Shown piece after piece: positions 16,531 through 25,207 of a DNA stretch of 57,922 bases; within the stretch, counting starts at the first letter, position 1, and every line of letters starts with the position of its first letter. Under the pieces are notes generated by a model. The model saw nothing but the letters and a program-made list of their open reading frames with translations. It did not search any database and was not told the origin of the DNA. This stretch comes from a virus. Its lineage: Duplodnaviria; Caudoviricetes. The position numbers were made by a program, and so were the translations under genes. The DNA lies in IMG/VR virus record IMGVR_UViG_3300042834_000003, positions 1 through 57,922 of that record. The stretch is one strand, 5' to 3'.

Positions 16531-16832
16531 GCGGCTACAGCGGCCGTCACCGGAAGGAGGACCGATTAAGCAGGGCCGACTCGGGTGAGATTGACCGGAT
16601 CTTGGCCATGAAGGCGGCCCCGCTGAGGACAATAGAGGAGATCGCGGCCGACGTTGAGCAGCCTGGATGGGTGAAGCCGATCGAGGAGCACGGGAAGTAC
16701 AACCCGGTACCTCCGCCGCCGTTGCTCACGTTCCGTGGGCCGCCGGTCTGGCGGATCCGAGACTGGGTGCAGTGGATCAAGAGTTGGAGACTGTATGAAC
16801 AAAATGATGAGGACCGCTATCGGTTGGTGTGA
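16527..16832 (+). CDS. hypothetical protein
   Basis: GTGA overlap. Confidence 0.5.
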   Translation: MSGYSGRHRKEDRLSRADSGEIDRILAMKAAPLRTIEEIAADVEQPGWVKPIEEHGKYNPVPPPPLLTFRGPPVWRIRDWVQWIKSWRLYEQNDEDRYRLV

Positions 16833-17031
16833 AGTGCACGGAAAGCTCATGTACCCCTCACGTAAGGCGGCCCGGGAGGCGGCCAGGCGCACGTACGACA
16901 TCCACCACAAGAACGCCTTCCGGTGTGATCCTGACGCGGTGTTCGTGTTCTGGCACATCGGGGCGCTACCCGCAGAGGTGCGCCACGGGCACATGTCCCG
17001 GGAAGACTTCTTCGAGCGGGAGGTGTCGTGA
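16795..17031 (+). CDS. small Cys/His phage protein
   Basis: C...GK..Y.SRK.A...A...FRC......WHIG motif. Confidence 0.65.
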   Translation: MNKMMRTAIGWCEVHGKLMYPSRKAAREAARRTYDIHHKNAFRCDPDAVFVFWHIGALPAEVRHGHMSREDFFEREVS

Positions 17032-17396
17032 GCCAGCTGCGCTGCTACAACTGTGGACTTCCCGGACATAAGACACAGATCTGTCCCCGGTATGGGCCTC
17101 GATACCCCGAGCCGGGGAAGACCGTCACCGACTACGCGGAAGAGAACCAGCGGATCCTGAACCTGTTCGCTGCGGACATCGTGGAAGAGCACGACGAGGG
17201 TGACATGCTCACCAGACCTCGCAGGATCGGTCCTCGAACCCCCGGTGACAAAGAGGCTCACCTGAGGCAGTTCTACTGCACCTACTGTGGGGCTCAGCCT
17301 GGTAGGAGGTGTCAGACGAAGGCCGGGCAGCCAGTCGCGGCCCATCTGGCCCGGGCCAACGCCTCCAAGGAGGCTGGCGTCGACATACCAGCATGA
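17028..17396 (+). CDS. zinc-knuckle + zinc-finger protein
   Basis: CYNCGLPGHKTQICP (CCHC) and CTYCGAQPGRRC...H..R. Confidence 0.75.
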   Translation: MSQLRCYNCGLPGHKTQICPRYGPRYPEPGKTVTDYAEENQRILNLFAADIVEEHDEGDMLTRPRRIGPRTPGDKEAHLRQFYCTYCGAQPGRRCQTKAGQPVAAHLARANASKEAGVDIPA

Positions 17397-17404
17397 GGAG
17401 AGTC

Positions 17405-17614
17405 ATGGGTACTCAGCAGGATCTGATGAAGAAGCAGATGGCCGAGGCCGACGCGATCAAGGAGAGGCGCCGGCAGGCTGCTCGGAAGGTCGTCACCATC
17501 ACGGCCCGGCTCGACAAGTGGCCGGAGGGAGACGAGGCTGAGGTCATCGGGGCCCTCGGCCTGGACCAGGAGACAGACAAGCTCCTGGATGTCCGGACTC
17601 TGGACTTCACCTGA
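17405..17614 (+). CDS. hypothetical protein
   Basis: GAGGAG RBS. Confidence 0.6.
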   Translation: MGTQQDLMKKQMAEADAIKERRRQAARKVVTITARLDKWPEGDEAEVIGALGLDQETDKLLDVRTLDFT

Positions 17615-17674
17615 TTTCCGGGGTAGGGTAGGGATATGAGTGCGGCAGTTTTCGAGGTCTGTCGCACTCACCAG

Positions 17675-17746
17675 CGCGGGTTGGCGCAGCGGTAGCGTGC
17701 CGGGCTCATAACCCGGAAGTCACCGGTTCGAATCCGGTACCCGCCA
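17675..17746 (+). tRNA. tRNA-Met(CAT), initiator (fMet) type
   Basis: Cloverleaf; C1:C72 mismatch; anticodon stem CCGGG/CCCGG with loop CTCATAA; GGTTCGAATCC T arm; no encoded CCA. Confidence 0.9.
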
Positions 17747-17806
17747 CGGTGAACGTCTCCGAGGGGAGTCGCCACAACCCTGGCCCGGGGTCACCAAAGG
17801 GCACCT

Positions 17807-17877
17807 GGGTTGTTAGCTCAGCGGATGAGCCCGGCACTTTAGCCGGAGGCAGGTGGGTTCGAGTCCCACACAATCCA
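17807..17877 (+). tRNA. atypical tRNA-like element (6-nt anticodon loop ACTTTA)
   Basis: Acceptor GGGTTGT/ACAATCC, D arm GCTC/GAGC, T arm GTGGG-TTCGAGT-CCCAC; non-canonical anticodon arm CCGGC-ACTTTA-GCCGG. Confidence 0.65.
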
Positions 17878-17938
17878 CGAGGAGGTTGTGGGTGACTACC
17901 GTCTTAATTTGGAACCCTCACTCAACGGAGAGGAACTC

Positions 17939-18301
17939 ATGAAGAAGCTTGCCCTCGGTGCCGCGATGGCCATGGTGGCAATCGCGGCATCCCTGTTCAT
18001 AGCCAGCCCAGCCTCAGCGGATGCTGGCTCCCAGTGCGGAGCCAACCGGTTCTGTGTGTACACGAACTCCAACGGTGGCGGAGCTCAGTACTTCTGGACC
18101 GATCCACATGGCTGTATCCCAACGCAGGGACAGTTCAATGACAGCATCACGTCGTTCAGCAACCACACCGGTCGCGCGCTGGTCATGTTCAAGGACGGTG
18201 GGTGTAGCGGTGGTGCCTGGTTCGTCGGCAGTGCCGAGACGACCAACCATCTGGAATGGACCACGTTCAACGACGTGGCTTCATCGTTCCAGATAAGTTA
18301 A
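17939..18301 (+). CDS. secreted peptidase inhibitor I36 / beta-gamma-crystallin-like protein
   Basis: Signal peptide ending ASPASA; C...FCVY.NSN..G, FNDSITSF.N, FNDVASSF. Confidence 0.8.
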   Translation: MKKLALGAAMAMVAIAASLFIASPASADAGSQCGANRFCVYTNSNGGGAQYFWTDPHGCIPTQGQFNDSITSFSNHTGRALVMFKDGGCSGGAWFVGSAETTNHLEWTTFNDVASSFQIS

Positions 18302-18321
18302 CACTGACGGCCCTGTGTCCA

Positions 18322-18360
18322 GGGAGGTACCGGCTTAGGCTGGTACCTCCCCTTCCGTTT
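18322..18360 (+). terminator. intrinsic terminator
   Basis: GGGAGGTACC...GGTACCTCCC stem followed by a pyrimidine run. Confidence 0.6.
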
Positions 18361-18371
18361 GGAGTACCAAA

Positions 18372-18680
18372 ATGACAGCCACAATGATCACTCTCGTTCC
18401 CAAACTGCAAGCCTGGCTTTATGACGGCACCAACTTCGCCGAGATCTTCGACCAGCTACCCGATCCCCTGCCGGCCAACGGGCCCGCCAACTCTACCAGC
18501 GTGGAAGAGGTCGGGGACCAGATCGTCATCACCTTCCACTGGACGGGGTACGGCGACTACACGAGCTTTGTCGAGATTGGACAGTACCTTCTTCTAATAG
18601 ATACTGCGTCAGATCATCAGGTCAGGCCACTGAGTGCAGCTGATCTTGACAAGAACTACTCAGCGGTGACCCCCGCTTAG
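18372..18680 (+). CDS. hypothetical protein
   Basis: GGAG RBS; last gene of the + arm, converging on the lysis genes. Confidence 0.65.
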   Translation: MTATMITLVPKLQAWLYDGTNFAEIFDQLPDPLPANGPANSTSVEEVGDQIVITFHWTGYGDYTSFVEIGQYLLLIDTASDHQVRPLSAADLDKNYSAVTPA

Positions 18681-18997
18681 TCGATCGGCGCGCGCCACTT
18701 GAGCCCGTCTGGGCCGAGCGTCTCCCAGATGGGCTCAGGTACGTCGTTCTCCCGTCTCCCGATGACGTACATACAGTCCACCGCCAGCGACATGGCCCGC
18801 TTGTGGGTGAACCACTGATCCCGGCCAGAGACGGTGTAGGAGAACGCGATCCGGTCGAAGGGTTGACCCTCCACCTTGGGCTCGTTGTACCACCAGCGGC
18901 TCTCACAGGTGTGACGGAGGAACTCCAGGAGCTTCTGGTGGCCACCGGTCTTCCACTCCCCCGGCACCTCGAAGTAGTAGCGCCGGTGGGTGGTCAT
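18677..18997 (-). CDS. hypothetical protein
   Basis: Coupled to the holin-like gene. Confidence 0.65.
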   Translation of the reverse strand: MTTHRRYYFEVPGEWKTGGHQKLLEFLRHTCESRWWYNEPKVEGQPFDRIAFSYTVSGRDQWFTHKRAMSLAVDCMYVIGRRENDVPEPIWETLGPDGLKWRAPID

Positions 18998-19224
18998 GCG
19001 GAAGGTATCGAGTCGTCGGTGGGAATCTCAATGCCGTGTGACCGCAGCGACTCAGTCAGTTTGAGTTGGTAGGCAGTCATGTCGGTACGTTGCTGGTTAA
19101 CGATCGTATGCACCTTCCGAATCTCCTTGAGTAACAAGATCAGGACAGGGGTGAGAGCTGAGGCAGCCACCAAGAGAGCACTAAGGGCAGTGATAAGGGC
19201 AGTTGCTCCGCTCATTGCGGTCAT
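18994..19224 (-). CDS. holin-like membrane protein
   Basis: One TM helix plus a VHTIVNQQRT coiled region; follows the endolysin. Confidence 0.55.
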   Translation of the reverse strand: MTAMSGATALITALSALLVAASALTPVLILLLKEIRKVHTIVNQQRTDMTAYQLKLTESLRSHGIEIPTDDSIPSA

Positions 19225-19248
19225 GCCCTCATTCTGAACCAAAGATGA

Positions 19249-20010
19249 TCAAGCGCCTAGGCGTTGGTGCTCTTCATCAACTACAGCATCTGCGATTTCG
19301 GACATCTTGGCTGCCAGTGCAGCCTCGAACGCAGTCTGGAGTGCAGCTGGGTCCAAGCCACTCGCGAGCGAGAGGTCCTTGAGCATGTTGGTGACCAGGT
19401 CGAGCTTGGCCTCCATAGTGACCAGGCGGGTGTGGAGAAGGTTCTCCTGGCCGGTGAGAGGACCCCAGACAACCTTCGGCTTGTCGTAGATCATGGCGTC
19501 GACCTCGCCCACCATGCCGTTGAAGGTGGTGCTGAACCCGTCGGGAAGTGTCATGGGTGGCTCCGGTGATGTAGGGGCATGGATACCGATAGACCAATCC
19601 TGGGTCTGGTCGTGGGTGCTGTCGCGTACCGAAACGTGCATATGGTTCGTGTGGGGGTCTGTACCTGAGTACGGACGCCACACCCACGGCTGTGGCCCAT
19701 CGAGGCCAGAGAAGATCCGACGGTTGAAGATAACGTACGAGACTCGACGATCATGGGACTGGCGGATCGCTTCTGACACCACACCCATGTCCGCGTTGTG
19801 GGCCGGGTCCTGGGTGAAGTCCCTGGCGTCTACCTGGAAGTCAGGGTTGCCGGACGGCGGCGGGTGCTCCGGGTTGTGGTCAGACTCGGTAGCCTGGTGC
19901 GCAGGGTCACCGATAGAACCATCCGAAACCTTGCTCCGGCCCGGTGCGGCAGCGTTAATCTGCTCAAGGAGCTTGTTCAGCCCACGATCAACTACCCATG
20001 GGACAGCCAT
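19249..20010 (-). CDS. endolysin (Zn-peptidase, M15-like)
   Basis: DGSIGDPAH...SDHNP...ARDF...HTNHMHVS. Confidence 0.8.
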   Translation of the reverse strand: MAVPWVVDRGLNKLLEQINAAAPGRSKVSDGSIGDPAHQATESDHNPEHPPPSGNPDFQVDARDFTQDPAHNADMGVVSEAIRQSHDRRVSYVIFNRRIFSGLDGPQPWVWRPYSGTDPHTNHMHVSVRDSTHDQTQDWSIGIHAPTSPEPPMTLPDGFSTTFNGMVGEVDAMIYDKPKVVWGPLTGQENLLHTRLVTMEAKLDLVTNMLKDLSLASGLDPAALQTAFEAALAAKMSEIADAVVDEEHQRLGA

Positions 20011-20024
20011 AGGCTCAGTATGAC

Positions 20025-20603
20025 CTAGGCTGCGTCGCCTTGTCCGGGCTGACCGGAAGAATTCCCGTGGCCGCTATGGTATGTCCACGTCTTTTCTGCT
20101 AGGTGAGTCATCTTCAGGCCCCTCTCGCAGCAGATCTGGGCGAAGGTCGTGATGTGGGCCCAGTCCTCATTGGAGAATTGGCCCGGCGCCGATGCTGGGA
20201 AGCCAGCCTCCCGGGCGATGTCGGCCCTCTCCAGGATCCCCATGGTGGTGTGATGGGGGGTGCAGGGGTTGAACGGAAGTCCGAAGTGTCCAAGGGGGTC
20301 ACCGCCATGGAACCAGGAGTACACGTACACGGAGTCTGTGGATTCTGCTACGGCCATGAGCTTGGCAAGGTGCTCCGGCATCCACTCGTCGTCGCTGTCA
20401 ATCCATGCGATCCACCGTGTCTGCACGAGGCTGAGCAAGGTCTGACGTGTCCAGCCGGCACCTTGGCGATCAGTGTCATTCACAACGAAGACAGCCTGTG
20501 GTTGCTTCGTCTGTGCCATCACGGAACCCAATGCACGTGCCAGGAGGCCATTGCGTAGCCGGGCCGGGTGCGCGGCCACGAGAACAGTGACGTCATTCTC
20601 CAT
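20025..20603 (-). CDS. glycosyltransferase family 2
   Basis: RALGSV..QT...GAGWTR...WIAWIDSDDEW.P.HL; NEDW. Confidence 0.85.
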   Translation of the reverse strand: MENDVTVLVAAHPARLRNGLLARALGSVMAQTKQPQAVFVVNDTDRQGAGWTRQTLLSLVQTRWIAWIDSDDEWMPEHLAKLMAVAESTDSVYVYSWFHGGDPLGHFGLPFNPCTPHHTTMGILERADIAREAGFPASAPGQFSNEDWAHITTFAQICCERGLKMTHLAEKTWTYHSGHGNSSGQPGQGDAA

Positions 20604-20743
20604 ACTTGGCCTCCATCGCGAGGTAACACTCCCTGCACAGGATCACCCCGAACGGGAGGATGAACTTCTTGTACAGCCTCCCAGGTTTACCGCACTTGAT
20701 CACAGTGGGACCTATGCCAGGACGAGCCCTTCGCAAGGACCTT

Positions 20744-21427
20744 TCACCGTTGGCCGTGCTGGTACAGCTTCCACCATGTGTGCCACGGCAGGTTGTAGTT
20801 GTACTTGACCTTGTAGTCGGCCAGCCGCATCAGGACCGGAAGCGAGAGCTGATCCTGGTGGCTCCAGTTCAGGCACTCGTCCCACCACTGGTGGCCAAGC
20901 TCAATCACCTCAGGAGTGTGCCGGCGGACGTTGTGCCCGGTAGCGAACAGCCCCCAGTCCCGAGGGTGGAAGGAGCTGTAGAACTTCGACTGGGCCAGGA
21001 TGGAGGGGCTGTCGTAGCGCCACTTCAGGGTCGCGGAGTACTCCGCCTCCGGGTAGATACAGTTCCGGGCCGGGTGACGCACACAGGCCCAGTCATCGGT
21101 GCCGAGGGCAGTCAGGCACGCCAGGATGAAGTCACTGGCCAGTACCTCCATGGAGCCGTCGATCCAGATGGAAATGTCTGCGTCGGGGCACGCCAGCTCC
21201 GGGTGAGTTTTCCAGAACTTGTGGGCCATCATCGGTGCCGTGAGCTTCGGATCGCCTTTCAGGGTGGCGATGCTATGCGGCACGACACGTGTCTCCCAGC
21301 CTGCCATCTGCGCCATCATGGCCGTATCTCTGGCTTCTGTATACAGGTAACAGGGAACGTCGATGTCTGGGACCGGCTTCACCCAGTCAGAGTCCCCATA
21401 GATCGCTGTGTACAGCGCCGCTCTCAT
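20744..21427 (-). CDS. DUF616/TOD1-like glycosyltransferase
   Basis: YTAIYGD.D, SIWIDGS, HPARNCIY.EA, DQLSLP. Confidence 0.8.
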   Translation of the reverse strand: MRAALYTAIYGDSDWVKPVPDIDVPCYLYTEARDTAMMAQMAGWETRVVPHSIATLKGDPKLTAPMMAHKFWKTHPELACPDADISIWIDGSMEVLASDFILACLTALGTDDWACVRHPARNCIYPEAEYSATLKWRYDSPSILAQSKFYSSFHPRDWGLFATGHNVRRHTPEVIELGHQWWDECLNWSHQDQLSLPVLMRLADYKVKYNYNLPWHTWWKLYQHGQR

Positions 21428-22242
21428 GGTTTATAGAATCGGACGGTTGCGATGAGATCTTCCTTCTCAAACTCGGGCCCCCAGCCCAACAGCTCCCAGC
21501 CCTCACCTTTCGCCACGATGTCCGACTCGGGTGTTTCCCCCTTCCGCATCGGAAGGTAGTGGAAAGAGTCCTGTGGCTGACCACAGATCCGGTTGACCGT
21601 CGCAGCCACCTGGCGGACCGTCTGGGACTCCCCAGTGCCGGCATCGAAGACCTGGTCGTCACCCCACTCGGTGGCCTCCACCAGCATCCGGGCGATGTCG
21701 CTGACGTGGACCAGGTCCACGGTTTGGAGACCGGATCCCCAGATCGGGATGGGCTTCTCGGCCCAGGCGTAGGTGGCGAACGTGGGGATGATCTTCTGTG
21801 GGTGCCCCGGTCCGTGCTTCTGTCCAGGCCCGAAGGCATTGAAGGCCCGTACGTGGGAGACCGGTATCCCGTAGCTGCGGTGCCAGGCCGAGGCAAGCCT
21901 CATGGCGCAGAGCTTGGTGGCCTGATAGATGTTCGCCCAGTCGCTGTCCGGCATCGTGATTCCGACGTACCCGGCGCCGATCTCCCGACACCACTCCAGG
22001 ATCCGCAGAGTTCCCGTCACGTTGGCCTCGATGGCCTGCTCGGGGGTGTCGAACAGCTCCGAGGTGCCCAACATCCCGGCCAGGTGGATGATGTGGGTGG
22101 CGTCCCGTAGGGACTCCAGGCTCCCGAGAATGTCGTCACCGTTGGACCGGTCGAAGGCCCACGCCTGGTGTCCCTCGTCGTGGGCGTACGCGATGGTGGC
22201 GGCCCCGATGAAGCCGCCACCCCCTGTCACTGCGATCTTCAC
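21424..22242 (-). CDS. NAD-dependent nucleotide-sugar epimerase/dehydratase
   Basis: TGGGGFIG, HLAG, NVTGT, YxxxK (YQATK), FNAFGPGQ. Confidence 0.9.
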   Translation of the reverse strand: MKIAVTGGGGFIGAATIAYAHDEGHQAWAFDRSNGDDILGSLESLRDATHIIHLAGMLGTSELFDTPEQAIEANVTGTLRILEWCREIGAGYVGITMPDSDWANIYQATKLCAMRLASAWHRSYGIPVSHVRAFNAFGPGQKHGPGHPQKIIPTFATYAWAEKPIPIWGSGLQTVDLVHVSDIARMLVEATEWGDDQVFDAGTGESQTVRQVAATVNRICGQPQDSFHYLPMRKGETPESDIVAKGEGWELLGWGPEFEKEDLIATVRFYKP

Positions 22243-22478
22243 GCGGGGAATTCTCCATCCTCTACGCCGGCAAGGAACGCTGCCCACTCGTTGAGCGTGA
22301 AGGTCAGGACCGTGTCCGGGTCCTCACTGTTACGCATCTCGATCGTGTCCTCCACGCGCCGCACCTCGACGCAGGAGTTATCGGAGCAGAAGCTGCTCCG
22401 GCTCCAGTCCCAGTACCCGTTGGCCACCGTGACACAGCTACCAGCGTCGCAGTGGCTACTCCTTCGGAACTTCGTCAT
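22239..22478 (-). CDS. DUF397 protein (duplicated motif)
   Basis: FRRSSHC..SCV and WSRSSFC..SCVEV...RNSEDP...F...EWAAFLAGV. Confidence 0.85.
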   Translation of the reverse strand: MTKFRRSSHCDAGSCVTVANGYWDWSRSSFCSDNSCVEVRRVEDTIEMRNSEDPDTVLTFTLNEWAAFLAGVEDGEFPA

Positions 22479-23119
22479 CGCATGCTCCTCAACTCTTCCA
22501 GGGCGGACAGGGGCTCCCAGGCGTCTTCACGGTTCAGTATCTCGGGTGGAACCGGTAGATAGCCCTGCCAGGCGCCCGTGAGCATCGGGAGTTTCTCCCA
22601 CAGATAGTCCAAGACCCGGTGGGTGGCTCCCGTAACCACCAGGACTCCGGTGGGCTGAGTGTTGACGTAGAGGGACTCGACCTCCGACTGTCGGTGCAGG
22701 ACGTGAGCCATCTTCCACACATCTCCGGTCCAGTCGCCAGGACACTGGAACCGATCCGCCTCTATCTCGTTACGGGGCAGGACATCGTCGATGACGATGA
22801 CACCAGTGTCCGAGAGGTAGCTGCAGATGTTCAGGAAGTCCCGCATCGCCTGTTCGGCGTGATGGAGACCGTCCACAAAGGCCAGATCGACATGGTCGAT
22901 GACTCCGTGGGACATGACTGGGTCAAAGTACGTGTCGGAGGTCATCGTGAAGATCTCTTGGTTCCCAGTGGCCTTGGTAAGGGGCTGAGGATCAATCCCT
23001 ATCGCGATGTCGGCAGCGTGAGCCTGGTTCAGGGAGTAGCCATGCTGTACCCCGATCTCCAGGTAAGTCTTCGGCTTAACGATCTCGTTGACGTGTCCAA
23101 GGAACTCATGCAGGTGCAT
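22475..23119 (-). CDS. class I SAM-dependent methyltransferase (Methyltransf_24-like)
   Basis: YLEIGVQHG, FVDGLH, GVIVIDD, WTGDVWK. Confidence 0.85.
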   Translation of the reverse strand: MHLHEFLGHVNEIVKPKTYLEIGVQHGYSLNQAHAADIAIGIDPQPLTKATGNQEIFTMTSDTYFDPVMSHGVIDHVDLAFVDGLHHAEQAMRDFLNICSYLSDTGVIVIDDVLPRNEIEADRFQCPGDWTGDVWKMAHVLHRQSEVESLYVNTQPTGVLVVTGATHRVLDYLWEKLPMLTGAWQGYLPVPPEILNREDAWEPLSALEELRSMR

Positions 23120-23757
23120 TACCACGGCCTCATTCCGTAGATGTCCACGAACGTCTGGGCGTCCCGGGCGCACTGCTCGTTCAGCTCAGGTGTCATTTGT
23201 CCATTCGGGTAGAGATGCTGGACGTGGAACCCCGGGACCATGACCATCCCCCCGAGCTTCCGTGACTCCCAATCCAGGTAGTCGTCGGTGAAGTACCAGT
23301 GGAGGTCTTCGTTAGCTCGGAGATCAAGCTCGCCCCGTAGAACGAACGCATACCCTTGCATGCGAGTAGCCAGCCCAACCGGGCCAGGGCGTGTGTGCAG
23401 GACTGGCATGGTGTAGCCGCCTGAGCAAGCCGCAGCCGCCTGCATTTCCCGCATCTTCGTGGCAACAGCATCGAACCAGCCCTCCGGCACGATCGCATCG
23501 TCGTTGAGGATGGCCACATCCCACTTCGGCTCACCCATGATGGTGGCGGCCGTGAGACCCAAGTTCCAGAGCCGGGAAAGGTTCGGCGGTTGCTGAGGAT
23601 CCCGGATCACTGCGGTTTCATGGTCGATGACTGGATCAACGTCACCGTTGTCGATCACGATGACACAGTCGACCTGGCCACTGATGGCCATGACGCACTG
23701 GCTCAACACATCGGTGCGGTTACGGGTCGGGATCACGGCTACACGGAACGGTTTCAC
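23119..23757 (-). CDS. glycosyltransferase family 2
   Basis: VIPTRNR, VIVIDNG, WNLG, ILNDD, DDYL. Confidence 0.85.
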   Translation of the reverse strand: MKPFRVAVIPTRNRTDVLSQCVMAISGQVDCVIVIDNGDVDPVIDHETAVIRDPQQPPNLSRLWNLGLTAATIMGEPKWDVAILNDDAIVPEGWFDAVATKMREMQAAAACSGGYTMPVLHTRPGPVGLATRMQGYAFVLRGELDLRANEDLHWYFTDDYLDWESRKLGGMVMVPGFHVQHLYPNGQMTPELNEQCARDAQTFVDIYGMRPW

Positions 23758-24095
23758 TGGTTGCTCCGGTGGTGAGGGTTGCTGCAGTTGTGGTTGATGC
23801 AGTACAGAAACCCGGTTGCGTAGCGACAGTTGTTCTCGTGCACCTCGTCCATCAATGTTGAGCTGTTCACGTATGAGAGTGCTGGTAGCCCGTGGGCTTT
23901 CCGGGCGCAGTTGTTGCATCGAGTCGGAACTCCTCCTCCTGTGTCCTCTTTCAGGCCCCACTGGTTGTAACGGTCCGTGTGACCAACCTCCATAGCTCGT
24001 GCTCCGCAATCTACGCAGGTGCCAGCGACCATCGGACCGTGCAGGGTCTCGTACCAGGAGTAGTTCCTGAAGGTGTGCTTATCCCCCACGGCCAT
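23754..24095 (-). CDS. Cys-rich hypothetical protein
   Basis: CVDC, CNNC, C...C..PHH. Confidence 0.55.
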   Translation of the reverse strand: MAVGDKHTFRNYSWYETLHGPMVAGTCVDCGARAMEVGHTDRYNQWGLKEDTGGGVPTRCNNCARKAHGLPALSYVNSSTLMDEVHENNCRYATGFLYCINHNCSNPHHRSNQ

Positions 24096-24104
24096 GGCGA
24101 CATC

Positions 24105-25199
24105 CTACCCAGGGGAGGGGTGGGACGGAAGGGTCCCGTGCTGAATGTCGTAGGCCCTCGCCCACGCCTCCATCCAACGCCAGGCATTTGCCTGAAATGT
24201 CTGTCCCTGCATGTAGGCGGTGCCGGCCTCGACCTGCTCCTTGTACAGCACGTCATCGGTGAGGAGACGCTTCGTCTGGCTGTACCACTCCTTCGGCGTG
24301 TCCGCCAGGAGGCCAGCACCGGACTCCCTGACCAGCTTGCGGTACTCATCCCGGGGGGATGCCACCCAGGGCACCTTGGCCGCGAAGTGCTCGATCCCTT
24401 TGAGCCTGGACTTGGCTGTGTTGAACGAGGTCGGGGCCAGCGGGATCAGACCCACGTCATAGGTTTTGGCGATGGTTTCCACCCATACGTCTAGGCCCAC
24501 GGTACCGGTACAGGGAGGATCTTGCTTCAGCCTGGCTGCCTGGCGCACCTTGGAGGGACCACCCACGACGCGGAACTCGTGGCCGTCGTTGATGAGGCGT
24601 TGGATCGACGGAGCTGTGGTCTGCAAGTCGTTTGGGTGGGACTGGGTAGTCCCGGCCCACCCAAACGAGCCCCCTGCAACGGCGGTAGGCGCACCATACT
24701 TCAGTGTCGCCTCGGGGAGGTAGTTGTCCACGAGGACGCCACGGCCGTGACGGGCGTAGGTGCGTAGGAGTGCCGACGTGGAGGCTGTTACGAGGGTGGC
24801 GAGCTTGCAGGACTCGGCGGCGTTGCGCCAGTTGAACGGGGTGTTCGAGCGGGTGCTGTAGGTCCGGAAGGCGATGTTGTCTGGGTGGATGGTGGACATG
24901 TCATCGTCCATGTCCACGACAACGGTGACTCCATGATCCCGTAGCATCTTGATCAACTGGGGTTGTAGAGGGTGTGCCGGTCGCTGGAGCACGATGACAT
25001 CCGCGCCGGTGGGGATCTTGACGTCGATGAGTCTCTGGTTGCCCTGATCATCTTCCTCAGTCTTCACCAGGAATCCGGTTTCATCTGAGGGGGGAATGAT
25101 TGTGACGTCGTAGCCTTGCCGGCGCAACGTGTCGGCAGGCCAGATCATTCGATAGTGTCCACACGCCCAAGCGTCAGCGGGGATGACGTATATCTTCAC
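24105..25199 (-). CDS. glycosyltransferase (GT-B/GT4-like)
   Basis: CGHYR, VVDMDDD, FGWAG, DVGLIPL...FN.AKS.LK..E. Confidence 0.85.
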   Translation of the reverse strand: MKIYVIPADAWACGHYRMIWPADTLRRQGYDVTIIPPSDETGFLVKTEEDDQGNQRLIDVKIPTGADVIVLQRPAHPLQPQLIKMLRDHGVTVVVDMDDDMSTIHPDNIAFRTYSTRSNTPFNWRNAAESCKLATLVTASTSALLRTYARHGRGVLVDNYLPEATLKYGAPTAVAGGSFGWAGTTQSHPNDLQTTAPSIQRLINDGHEFRVVGGPSKVRQAARLKQDPPCTGTVGLDVWVETIAKTYDVGLIPLAPTSFNTAKSRLKGIEHFAAKVPWVASPRDEYRKLVRESGAGLLADTPKEWYSQTKRLLTDDVLYKEQVEAGTAYMQGQTFQANAWRWMEAWARAYDIQHGTLPSHPSPG

Positions 25200-25207
25200 A
25201 AGCCTCC

